Origin: Lenisia limosa
Lineage: Eukaryota; Protista; Breviatea
NCBI GenBank assembly: GCA_001655205.1
Contig: LPNZ01009289.1
Location: forward strand, 1 to 38,597
Direction: 5' to 3'
DNA length: 38,597 nt
The notes under the pieces were generated by a model. It did not search any database. It had not been told where the DNA came from and saw only the letters and a program-made list of their open reading frames with translations. Made by a program: the position numbers and the translations under genes. Shown here one piece after another: positions 10,774 to 22,400 of the stretch (the first letter of the stretch is position 1; the number at the start of each line of letters is the position of its first letter).

Positions 10774-13700
10774 TTATGCTTTCTGATTCCCACGGTACAA
10801 CAAACATTCGTATCGTACTTTATCGAGCAAACAGCGAACTGGATACATTGCTATTACGTGATCTAACGTCCAATGAAACAACTTAAGAAAAGACAATAGA
10901 AAAAAAAAAAAAAAAANNNNNNNNNNNNNNNNNNNNNNNNNNNNNNNNNNNNNNNNNNNNNNNNNNNNNNNNGTGTCGATGGCGTCCTCATATTTCCGAC
11001 GCAGCTGGTTGAGCTCCTTACTAAATTGGGTCAAACGTGTGACCAAGATGATCTCTCTGTCAGTTTTCTTCCAATAAAAATACAAATAAAAGCGAAATGA
11101 TAAGTTGCAGATTTCGGCGGATGTGTCGGTCAAGACTTAACATGAACACTGTATGATACAAAGCTCACTGTCGACCCAGATTCATGACTGTGAGATGGTG
11201 CTCAAGGTCTCTTCGTTTCATAAGAGAGAGCTGGAAGATGAATGACCGAGCTGATATGATAATTTCCCATTACAATTACCTTAAAAATACAAACACCACC
11301 CTGTTATTCTCACCTCTTCAACGGATTTGTTCGCAATATTGATGACATTCTTCTTCTTCCGTCTAATAGTGTCAAAATGGTATGTGAAAACGGGATTTTG
11401 TCGGATTTCCACCAAAAAGACAACACACTATCATAACCAGAATAGCCCGAGCCGCCCCTCACCTCCTTCGCGGAGCTGCAACAAAAGTACCACCATCCAT
11501 ATCATCAAGGTCATTGTCCTGGACTGGTGTTTGGACAAAGGTTGCCCCATCAAACTCATCTTCAGCGGCTATTGGGTTACCACTCATGTCGAGCTAAGGT
11601 CGTGAATAACAAAGGTTGGGCTTGGGAGTTTGAGTGGCTCAATGTAATAGTAATATGTCGGTCAAAAAGCAACCAGCCAAATATTGAATAAAAAAACGAC
11701 AATATCCCTGGTCCAATGAATACCATTTATGTAGTTTGGGTTCATTCACTTAAATGAGGAAAGGTCAGCATGTCATCCCCCCCCCCAACAGTGCCTTCAT
11801 CAAAGCCATCATCATCTTCATTGTTGTTGACGAGAAGTGTGGCCTCGTCATAATCTCCAACAGCTCCCTTTTTGTCGTCATAATCACCAACAAGAACTGT
11901 TTTGTCTTCATAATCCCCGACAAGAACTGTTTTATCATCATAATCCCCCGGGGCAAGTGTGCTATCGTCATAGTCAGCTTTTGTCTGCACAAGAACGGTG
12001 GAATCCGAATAATCAATGTCCTAAGAAGTAAACGGGTAGTACCCCAAGTCTACTGTGTTATAAGAATATAAAGGAGAAGTGCTAAGGTAACGATTAGTGG
12101 TATTGCTTGGCCTCACCTTCGGGCTCAAAACTTGGGTAGTTTCATATGCCGTATCGCAGGTAGTCATCTTTGGTTTGGCCTTGATTGTGGAGCCATCACA
12201 ATCAGTGAAGGAACCTATACGTGTGATAATTCTTCTTTTTTCAGGCTCAAAGACAAGAAAAATTACCAAAACATATCCCCGTCCACAAAACACTGGTGCT
12301 TTTTTGGATAAATTGGTGCTTTTTTTNNNNNNNNNNNNNNNNNNNNNNNNNNNNNNNNNNNNNNNNNNNNNNNNNNNNNNNNNNNNNNNNNNNNNNNNNN
12401 NNNNNNNNNNNNNNNNNNNNNNNNNNNNNNNNNNNNNNNNNNNNNNNNNNNNNNNNNNNNNNNNTTTGAGGACACGGGGGAGGAAGAAACTTGAGGTGTA
12501 ACGTATTCTGAAAGGTACGGTGTGTTTGAGCTGGCAGGGGAGTATGTGGGAGTTGTTGCTGAATTGGAGGGCGCCGTCGTATGGACACTTGGTCTTCGCG
12601 GCAGTGGAGGCTGGGGAGGGGGGGGGGAGAGAGNNNNNNNNNNNNNNNNNNNNNNNNNNNNNNNNNNNNNNNNNNNNNNNNNNNNNNNNNNNNNNNNNNN
12701 NNNNNNNNNNNNNNNNNNNNNNNNNNNNNNNNNNNNNNNNNNNNNNNNNNNNNNNNNNNNNNNNNNNNNNNNNNNNNNNNNAAAGCAAGGTGAAATATGG
12801 TACGCATCACAGAGGTTCAGAAAAGACAAAAAAAAATATCATCTTTGTTACTCCAGTTTCCTTTATTATCCGCATACAGCAGGGGTTTCCAGCTGGTCTA
12901 ACAAAGCAACTTGTGACGGACGTGGTGGTAGAGGCGGAGTAGGTGCAGCAGTATATGCTTTCCAATACCCATGTTTAGCCAATTCATACGCTTCAGAGCT
13001 ATCCTCTACAGAGCATCAAATGGCAGTATCATAAATGATACAATTCAGAAGGGTTACAACACCGTCCCGTCACTATTCAACTTCAACAGAATTAATATTA
13101 CATCAAAATTATGGAAAGAAAGTAAAATCATATTATATATTTGGTATTTAGAAAAATTATTAAGATTTCAGGAACCTACCTGGCGTAATACAGAGATCAA
13201 TACTTAAATTCTTGGCATTATTGATGCACTCCACGAAAATGGGCAGAATTGACACTCGATCATTGAGGGTTAAGTGGGGGGACTGCAGGATAATCTGAAA
13301 GGTATTAGTGCTTCAACTACATGTCATAGCTATGTGGAATTTTGAAAATGTGTTAAAAATATATATAACTAGTATCTCGATATGTACATATTATTATAAT
13401 AATACTATATAAATACTATACATATGAAGATTTCACATTTCACTCACCCCAACAAAACAGGGTAGTAGCAGAGAGCTTGCCATACCAAAGTCCTATTGAG
13501 GCGGCCCAGAAGCGGCTGAGGAGTTGAGCGTCTCAGTGCCGTGGCAAGAGGGGGCGGCGGTGGCGTACACAGCTGTTTAAGTGTTAATCAAAAGTACAAT
13601 GAAAAATGGAAGGAGTAGGGTTAGATTGTGGTTAACATCAAATTTTGAGAAGTTTGTTCTGATATTGAAATACAATTTTGGGGAAGTTGGGGAAACCCAG

Positions 13701-16150
13701 AATATTACACGGTTGTCTCGTATTAATCACCAATTAGCCTAAAAAGACAAACGTACATAGAAAACAACCAGTTCACCTCCAAGAGCAGCTCCACGAAGCT
13801 GACCTCAGCCGATGGCAGGTTACGCCAAGGCCACGGCTGGATCGTCTTCGAATTTGACCTACAAGGTAACGTTGAATTAGGGTAGGCATCAAACAAATAC
13901 TTGCAATGTGGTACCTCGTCTATTCCATGATGTACACACCATATGGTATCATTTAATATCATACGATAGGACCAAACACGCACCTTGCAAGTTCCTCTGA
14001 CAATTGGGACGCCTGTGAGAGAAGTTCGTCACGAATTGAATCTTTAGCATGCTGAAGGGTTGAGCTTCAAATGAGACATATAAAAACGACTTGAAAATAT
14101 GGGAAATTATAAAATTTAGAAGGAACAAAAATCTCATCAAATAATGAGACTGAATGAGATTTCCATTGTATTTAAAATAGCCATGATAAGCATGGTACCA
14201 ACCTCGGGCATTACTTGAAGCATTTTGAATAGTCCTTTTAGCGACTTCCTTAATTCAGGCAATGACGACGGTAGTGCCACCTGCTATGTAATATGGGTAA
14301 TGACGACGGTAGTGCCACCTGCTATGTAATATGGATAATTCTAACATGTTTGCAGCGTAAAACCACCACCAGTTCTGGAACATTTTCAAATGCATTACTA
14401 CATGAAGCCATTATTAGTCTAACTATCTCCTATACAGTCTGGCCAAAGCATCCCCTCAAACCACCCCCGGCTTCGCTGCTCCCCCCTTCCAGAAAGAACC
14501 CCTCCTTTTGGGAGTCTGTGATGAATGAAACAGAACTGGAGGGCAGCGGTGTAACAAAGTACAATATTATTAGGTTATCACGAAACGAATCATGTTAATC
14601 ATGCTTCATGGTGCAACTCAAACCTTGCCAAGGCTCTCATCGATAACCGACTGCACCACTGCAATTTGCTAAAGTGTAAAAAAATAAAACAAAACCCTAA
14701 AACTGTGTTATAGCTTTTATTTTCGCCTACAAAGACTGGTTAGAAAGAAACAGCAATAAAACCCCTGGAATAAATTTGAGACGCCCACCGCATCCGATCC
14801 CACCACCCCCCACCTTATTTGCTTCAGCCACAATTTCGATCCTGTCACTGAAAGCCGACTTGACAGCAAGTTTGGCAGATCGTCTCGCCTTCCGAGCTCT
14901 TGACAGCTAACGTGGGTGAGCATGTTGATATGATAGCTAACGTGGGTGAGCATGTTGATATGAGAGTGGGCATGTTAATATCGTTTTAACTTGGTGCTTT
15001 TGGCTGGTTGCTGAACGAAATATTGGACTTGATACTATGTACAAATATGTTTTTGTTTCGTTTACCTCTGGGGACTTTGACTTGTCGTCAGGGAACCGAG
15101 CGAGAGACCTACCATTGTAAAAAAAAAACACGCACTGTAAAAGGATAACTGCTGAGATTAAAAAACCAGCACTTCCACCTACAGCTCCTCAATGGACTTT
15201 GTTCGCAAGTCTTGGCTGGACCGTTGGATCCTTGTTTCGGTCTGAAAAGATGAAAATGCTGCTATTGCTTCACAGCATATTCTGACTGGTCAAAGGTTTC
15301 ATGAAACGAACAACAAATCCTGCCTTTACAAATGTTGAAGCCATGGGATGTATCGCAACTATCATTATGATAAATTGTTCACAATTTTATGACACATTCA
15401 AGAATAGTCCTTCAAGTTCATTCACCATCCGCATTATAATCTAGAACTACAGGGGCAATCCCACCTTTGGAAACTGGACTTTACAGAGCCGAAGAACGCG
15501 CTGGCATGACTCCAGGGACTCAAGACGCTTCATCAGAATGGCCCTCTCCCCCTCCCGTCGCTTTCGATCCGCCTTGTTCAGCTGCAAAACATTAGAAAGT
15601 CGCCCAGTAAACCTCATGTATCTGCAATCATCATAAACTTAGGATTCAGCAGACAAAGAGTGCCAAGTAAGCCGCCATTACTGTGGCTGGTTGCCAATTG
15701 GTATTCATTCGATTCTTTCTAATATATTTAATCTACCTTCTCTTTTCCAAAATACCCCTCATACTGGGCCACAGAGGGCGTTTTCAACAGGCTAAATTGT
15801 GAGAATAAAGAATAAGGGGGCGAGGGATTATAACACATAATCCTTCTTTACTCGAATCTATGGCATACGAAAACAGGAACAACCAAAGTATTTAGGCCAA
15901 GAAAAAATTCCAAAAGAGTCGCACCTCCAAAAGAATTCGGTTTGTTTGAATATTTTCCGTAGCTGCTTGGATAGCGTTCTCCACCTTCAAGGTTAAATAT
16001 GGAGGAAGCGCTGTAATTCCTGTCAAAAGTTGAACTAAAAAGAGCCAAACAAACGCCAACATAATGCTCTTCTTGCGAGGGACTACATTCTTCACCAAGT
16101 GTTTGCAGCTGTGTGATCTTCTTTTTTGGCACATCTGCGTCGGTGTCCAA
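10774..16150 (-). CDS. Large unidentified protein: helical N-terminal half, Pro-rich region, acidic Thr-motif repeats and a SARAH-like C-terminal helix
   Basis: Phase-consistent exon chain from about 16020 to 13200 (ITALPPYLTLKVENAIQAATENIQTNRILLE...LNKADRKRREGERAILMKRLESLESCQRVLRL...DLRTKSIEELSLARFPDD...HAKDSIRDELLSQASQLSEELAR...). It continues with PTPPLPPRP and PPPPQPPLPRRP, then GDYDDKTVLV repeats, EDEFDGATFV and DDMDGGTFV, and ends NKSVEELSLMKRRDLEHHLTVMNLGRQEIILVTRLTQFSKELNQLRRKYEDAID. Three gaps interrupt it; the 5' end lies between about 16150 and 16330. Confidence 0.65.
11845..11978 (-). repeat. Coding 30-bp (10-aa) tandem repeat, about 4.5 copies
   Basis: (G/T/A)TCATA(A/G)T recurs at 11847, 11877, 11907, 11937 and 11967. 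It encodes DYDDSTLAPG-DYDDKTVLVG-DYEDKTVLVG-DYDDKKGAVG-DYDEATLLV. Confidence 0.9.
12295..12326. repeat. GGTGCTTTTTT-core minisatellite (20-bp period) running into a gap
   Basis: GGTGCTTTTTTGGATAAATT-GGTGCTTTTTTT followed by Ns. The same core occurs at 32973-33011 and once at about 1684. Confidence 0.75.
14261..14334. repeat. 36-bp identical duplication (38-bp period) spanning a (-) strand 3' splice site
   Basis: AATGACGACGGTAGTGCCACCTGCTATGTAATATGG at 14261 and 14299. Confidence 0.95.
14905..14981. repeat. 30-bp tandem duplication spanning a (-) strand 3' splice site
   Basis: AGCTAACGTGGGTGAGCATGTTGATATGA at 14905 and 14935, plus a degenerate third copy. Confidence 0.9.
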
Positions 16151-16470
16151 AAGGCGTTCAGGCAGATCATATTTATGGACGTGCGTGAGAATGACAAATG
16201 CAACCTGGGATCTGAGCCGCTTCGAAGTATTATTAAGCTATATTAAAGTTAAAGAGCATAAGGAAGGCTTCCAAACCACTTGTGTTGAGACTTCAGCAGT
16301 GAAAATAGGAGGTGATTTCACCTTGTACATCCTTCTTCTGTTTTCTATACTAAAATGAAATTATATGAAAAAGCCAAGGAAAACAAACATTTTGGATGTT
16401 AAGGTAATCCGGTCGCGCAATATTCCTGCAATATGTGGTTTTATTGAACCTCTCTCCCCCTCTCCCAGTG
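16150..16470. promoter_or_regulatory. Probable short bidirectional promoter/5'UTR region between the divergent genes
   Basis: Position only: it lies between the 5' end of the (-) gene and the ATG at 16471. A candidate 5'UTR intron runs from GT at about 16403 to CCCAG at 16468. No promoter motif identified. Confidence 0.3.
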
Positions 16471-19400
16471 ATGACTCCACGGGACCTCACGAGCGCCCTT
16501 GAGGGTGTTAGAATAGATGAGAATGCCCCTTCAAATGACGACTACAAGTTCTCACCCTCTTCTATAGCCTTCTTCTTTACACACCATTGCTACAGAAAGG
16601 TTCTTTTAGATTGCAAACGATCAAATCAAGGCAAACGAACAGGTTTGAATGAATACCTCGTTGAGTTCTTCCCCTTTTATCCGTGACATTGACATGGGTA
16701 ACCCGCAGATTCAAGCGCTAAATTTCCACAAATCTTCTGTAACATTACTAGAAAAATCCCCTATCCAGGAGCTCTTTGACAAAGGCAACGATTTTGAAGA
16801 CCGAGTATGGGGGCAATCTTATGTAATGATAGAATATAACCCATTGCAATTTCTTTATGTTCCAGCTTGAGCGAGACTTGATAGCCTCCGGACACCTTTT
16901 GGACCAAAATGGACGTACGGCCTGCGCCAATCGACTTAGGTGAGGGAACTGGGGTGATCATTGTTTGATTACCATTTTGTTCCAAATCTGTACACTATAT
17001 TTTTTTGACAGCTCGAAACATTTATTATTGTATTCTGGATATCTTCAAAGTTTAATAGTTTTAGCAATCTGGTTGAGACATTTCTGGAAGGCGACAAGGA
17101 TGAAATGTGGATCCGTGGCGTGTGGTTTGGTCCCCCCGGAAAAGTGGGTTTGGTCCCCGGAAAAGAGGGTTTTGGTCTTTGTTGAAGCCGATTTTTTGTA
17201 AAGGTCTTTTCACCTTTTGTAGAAGAAAACGGCTATAGTGGACTGGAGTGAGGTTCTGCCCTGCATAAACAGTAACGTACAGTTTGACTTCATCAAGGCT
17301 ATTAGGTGATAATTTTGTAGATAATCATGTCACAATTGGATTCTCGGAACTTAATAATAGCAGTTAGCTCCTCTGCCAATCACGCGGCAGTTATCAGTAC
17401 TTACACACTTTAGGAAGGGGTCGAAGGTAGTCCTTGAGATTATTGACGCGAAGGCAGCTGATCACCCCAAGGCCTATCACAGAGCCCAGGTTAGCATATC
17501 AGAGATGTACATTATATCGTATGTACTATGTGCGATACGTTTTATCAATCAACACCTCTTTCCTTCACTGTACCGTTTGTTTATAAATTCATTGGATATG
17601 GTTGGCTTGATGCATTCCTTAGCAATGGCTTGTGTAATGGCCTGATTCAGATACCATGTTCATATCTTGTTTTTCTTTCATCATGACAGGTTGCAATGTA
17701 CGCTGAGATTATGGCAGCGGTGATATCTTATGAGCAAAGCAAGAAAAGGATGGTCAATGTGGAACCATCCCTTTACGGAGGAGTGTGGTGCCTCAAGCAC
17801 AGCAAAGATAATTACCATGTATGACGAGAAGTAGTTTTCGAAGTTTGAATTTGTTTCCTCCAGTCTTCTGGCCAACCAAATAGAGATAATAAAAACGATT
17901 CAAAAGCTGTCAATGGCCACAGCTATTTATGCGATGTGTATCAAACCATGGATACCACATAGAAATTGCATTATTGTCCAATTTTGCATCGATGATAGCA
18001 GTGTTTTCTTTTTGATTTATGATATAATGTAGTATGCAGTGTGACTTTATAACACACTGATCTATTCAGAGATTCCTTTTAGCGCCAATGGTGGTCACTA
18101 TCCACCAAGTCCTTCAAAATCTTCAGGAGAAAGTCGGCCAAGTTGGTGTGGGAATGCTATGGCAAATTTACTTCATTTCGAAAAAAGGGGAAAGTTACTT
18201 GGGCAAGCAAAGAGTTTACCAAATCCAGACGTGACATTCATGTGACATTTTTTGGGCTCCGTGCAATTAATTTTTTGAAGAAATTAATTGACAAAATTTG
18301 AAATTAAAGTGTCGAAAATGGAGTTTCCATGACAATAGGTCTCACTTCAAATTCGGCAATTAATTTTTCAATTAATTGCACAGAGCTGTAGAAATTTAAC
18401 ACATTTTACAGTTTTGTGTTTTGAATCAACGGTGGGTACTGACTGTCTCAAATGTTTTTTTTTGTTCAGAGATATTGATCAATTCAAATGATCAGTCGTC
18501 TATTTCTTTCTTTGATCGGGTTTACTAAATGATAATTTAGAGTGGTGATACATTGTTGAATATACCAGGGCCCTTATCAACTTCGTGTTACTCATGTGAA
18601 AAGGTTGATGCATGTCGGGCTATGGTATGTGGGTAAAGCTAGAGGCTTTCAGTGTTGCCGAATATGAAACTTTAATAGCTGTTTAATTATTTAAGGCAGT
18701 ACGGCAAGTTTCTGTTGAGTCTCTTCCCGCTTTGAGTCTTGAGGTACTGGACGTTTTGTGTATATGCTCGTGGTCCTAAACCCTGTCGTCAATTCGAACT
18801 ATTGCCGTTAATTCAATTTTTTGTGACTGTCTCTTTTTCATGTTCCTGTCAATTTCACAACAGTTTAACTCGTAAAAATGGACATAGTATGAGAAAATGC
18901 GAGCTTAAACTGAAAAAAAAACTGAGCGAGCGTGGCGCTTAAAAAAATTAAATTTTCGCGATAAAGTTAGCTGATCTTGCACAAAAAAAAAATTGAACGG
19001 TTACTTTTTTTCTTTGTTTCCTTTCATAAACAAATAAGTGTAAATATCTCAGAAATATATTACTGTTTTGAAGGGGAATAGCTGATTTGGCGACAGTAAA
19101 TCATTAACGACATAATTTTGGAATATAATTTTATTTTATATATTTCACGGATTTATATGCAGTCAGACTTTCTATGACACAGAGGACCACAAAGATTCAC
19201 TTTTAGGATGCTGCAACCGCTGTAGGCCTCGAGTCCAAATATCGCAAGAAGGGACAGACGGGCATGGAGGTATTTAATCCTTTGTTATGCTACATTGTTG
19301 ATACTGTTTTGGCATATTGTGGTGAAGCTTCACTTTATTTGAACTAACGTTCAAGGCAATGAGTTACCTTGTTCATGCCGAAAGACCCCAAGCAAGTCTC

Positions 19401-22400
19401 AAAACAGACCCCTCTCATGAAGATGTGATAATGGCTGTTGCTATTCTGCAGCGCACTTTAGGCTTCATTGTATGCTGGTTACCAGTAGTTATTCCAAATT
19501 AATAATATTGTTTTCTGATGTTTAAAATGATGCTTTTTTGATCTTGATGACTTTTAGTGTTTCTCACCGTGTTGCGCTTTTTGTATGCGTAGTTGTCTTG
19601 GGTCTTTTCTGTAACATATTTGTTTTTCCAGATTTTTTTATCAATGAAGCAAGGACTATTGGCCGTTTGATTTCGTAACAACCGTTTTAGCCTGAGATGG
19701 GTCATACACCAGTCAATAGCAGGTTTGTCCAGCCCTCAGAGCTCATCATCGACTCAGTTGCAAAAATAGAGAACGGTACGTGGTACCCGTCTGATTAGTA
19801 ATATGCTTAGTATTTATATTCATATATTTCAGGATATCATGATATGTACATCAATATAATTATACATAATGATATAGCCATATGTGTATTTTTTTGGATA
19901 TTTGTTTGTACAACTAAACAATCGATCCCTCTTAGATACACACAGCTAATATAATTATAGCTAAATATTATTTCGTTATATTACTGCTTTTGACATCGTA
20001 GCCACCCTCATTGGAATCAGCCTACACAATGATCTATACACCAATAACCTTCGCGCCTGGAGCTGGATGTAGGTCAATGAGGGGTTTTCTGGCTAAATTA
20101 GACTTCATCTATTGGACATCTTTTTTAATGGAGTGATCAATCCTACTCTTAGGAAATGAAGTTATGGTCTAGTCACACATAGTCTCTTATGTATCAAATG
20201 CCAAAAAGGGTTGTCGTCAGGGATTGGTAATGATGTGAAAAGCCGTCACACAATGTTACTCACCTTGTCGTTTCAAGATAACCCACCTAGATCCCGCGAT
20301 ACAAACATTCCTGGAAGAACCCATCGTCAAAATGGTCATGTTGCGTATCGCCCTTCAAAAAAACAGGTGAATTATTTTGTATATTTATGAAGATAAATCA
20401 TGGGAAGATAAATCATGGGACAGATAAAGCATGGGAAAGTAAATATCGATATATGATATTAATGTTAACGCTATCACATCCACAATTCTGAAGTTTTCAG
20501 TCCATCGAAGTGTCTCAGTATTTGATCAAGAGTCTTGCTGACATTTTACTCGCTCATTCGTCCGTGCAGCACCGGTTGCTCATTGTCACTGAAAGTGGGT
20601 ACTTAAATCATCAAAAGATTCTCATGGATGACCAACATCAACTTTGGTGATTATTAATCACACTTTTGTTCCCAGAACACTAATCATGGGTTTTACACCA
20701 TTAAAATCTTAAAAGCTAGCTTGGTTTCCATTTGTCGATCTTGCGAATCACTTCAAAATAGCTGGCTTATGATCCCATGCTTTTTCTAATTCCCAAAGAT
20801 AAGCTGCAAACAAACCTGCTAGTCAACACAATTCTCAGTGTTCTTGAGTGCTCCAATTCTGCTCAGGTTCGCATATTTTTTGCTTCAGTTATGTTTATAT
20901 CTTTTCACTTTCAGATTTTTAATAGTTTTTCTCTTGTATTAACCTATTTCGTCTTCATCCCCAAGCTTGTCGATGACTGTGTGCTGGTACTGGCCAATTT
21001 GGTGTCTGACGGACGTGGGGTCAATAGCCGCACTATGGACGTTGAGTTTGCCATCGGCCAGCATTGCACTGCTGTAAGAAGATTGGGTGTTGGGTAAAGG
21101 AGTCACAGTAAATTTGATCTTTTGACATTTCCCCCAAAATCCTTTGAATTTTGAAACACCGCTTGATTAACCAACATACAATCACTCTGAGCAACACTTG
21201 CCTATTGTCACATTCGATAGCCAATGTTGTGCGACGTAATGCAGCTCAAAAAAGCGTTCCGTTGCAACAGGCCTGGTCCTAATACCATTCAAGATATTCT
21301 TGAAGGCCTTCCTCGTTTGTTGGGTATTTTAACCAGTTATTTCTGTGTTCGTGTCCAGCCCATAAAAAATTGTTCATTTCATTCACCATTCCTGAAATTA
21401 GTTTGTAAAAAGTATTTAATTAGTGCTACTTTAAATCCTGCAGCCCCAATGTGCACCGCCAGACCAGCTTGCCTATCAGTGGACAACAACATTCAAAAGG
21501 AGGTAGGTTCATCATCAGATCAATGGTCCAAAGGGATTTGGCTCTAACCCCATGCATAAAGGTATAAAAAGTGATTTGATTTTGGATGTTAATCAGCTTG
21601 TTTGTAGACAATGGAATGCTTCGACACCGTTTTTTAAATGCCATCTACGGTTTCTTACTTACACTTATAGACAGAACTGCTTGATGCACTCCAAATGAAA
21701 TCGCAGACCATCTACGACGTCTTCAAATTCTTGTCGTCAAAGTGTTCAGAATCCCTTGTCAACTTCGCCCCCGTCCCTATCATCCCAAAAACAGCAACGT
21801 TAGTACTGTTCAACATTATCCTCAATCATCTCAGAGACTTGAAATCACCTTTTATTTGAGGACATTTCACTTAGTGATTGAAAACTTCAATGTTGTGAAT
21901 GCAACTTATGAAATATTGTAATACATTATCCTGATATTTTTTCAGATTATTTATCTTCTTAGACTTCCACCATCACTTCAGCTACTCTACCAAGTGGAAG
22001 ATGTTGAGGTAGTGCGGATTGCCTCTTTGAAATCTGCATGTTCAACATTGCCTCACACCTTAGTTTGCCACTGAAGCCAAACAGTGCAGAGAATCCCGGC
22101 TCAAAAGCCTACAGGATCCCAATGCCACTTCCCTTCCGATTGTCATCAAAGACTATAATGCACCGTGTGAGGTAGGACTGTTAACGCTCTTTGTTCACCT
22201 GCTAGATTCCATTGACCGAAGGCACAAGGTCGCAGCTCTTCGCCTTCTTTGGCCCAACATTCCTTGCCACGCCAATCACACACACCGACGACTCCAACCT
22301 GATCTTCGGTTCATATGCCGATTTGGACCCACGAGGTCGGTGGAGACTTTCATAGTACCAGCGAATTCAAAAATGAATAAAACAAACCATAATGTATGTA

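Noticed and set aside
15180-15360. Kinase subdomain XI-like strings (HPMASTFVK, NKDPTVQP) in the (-) gene
   Set aside because: They are in different frames, NKDPTVQP runs into a stop, and no other kinase motifs are present.
643-20444. Short direct repeats as CRISPR-like arrays
   Set aside because: The units are directly adjacent with no unique spacers, there are only 2-4 copies, and the context is eukaryotic introns. The Cas4-like nuclease fold does not imply CRISPR.
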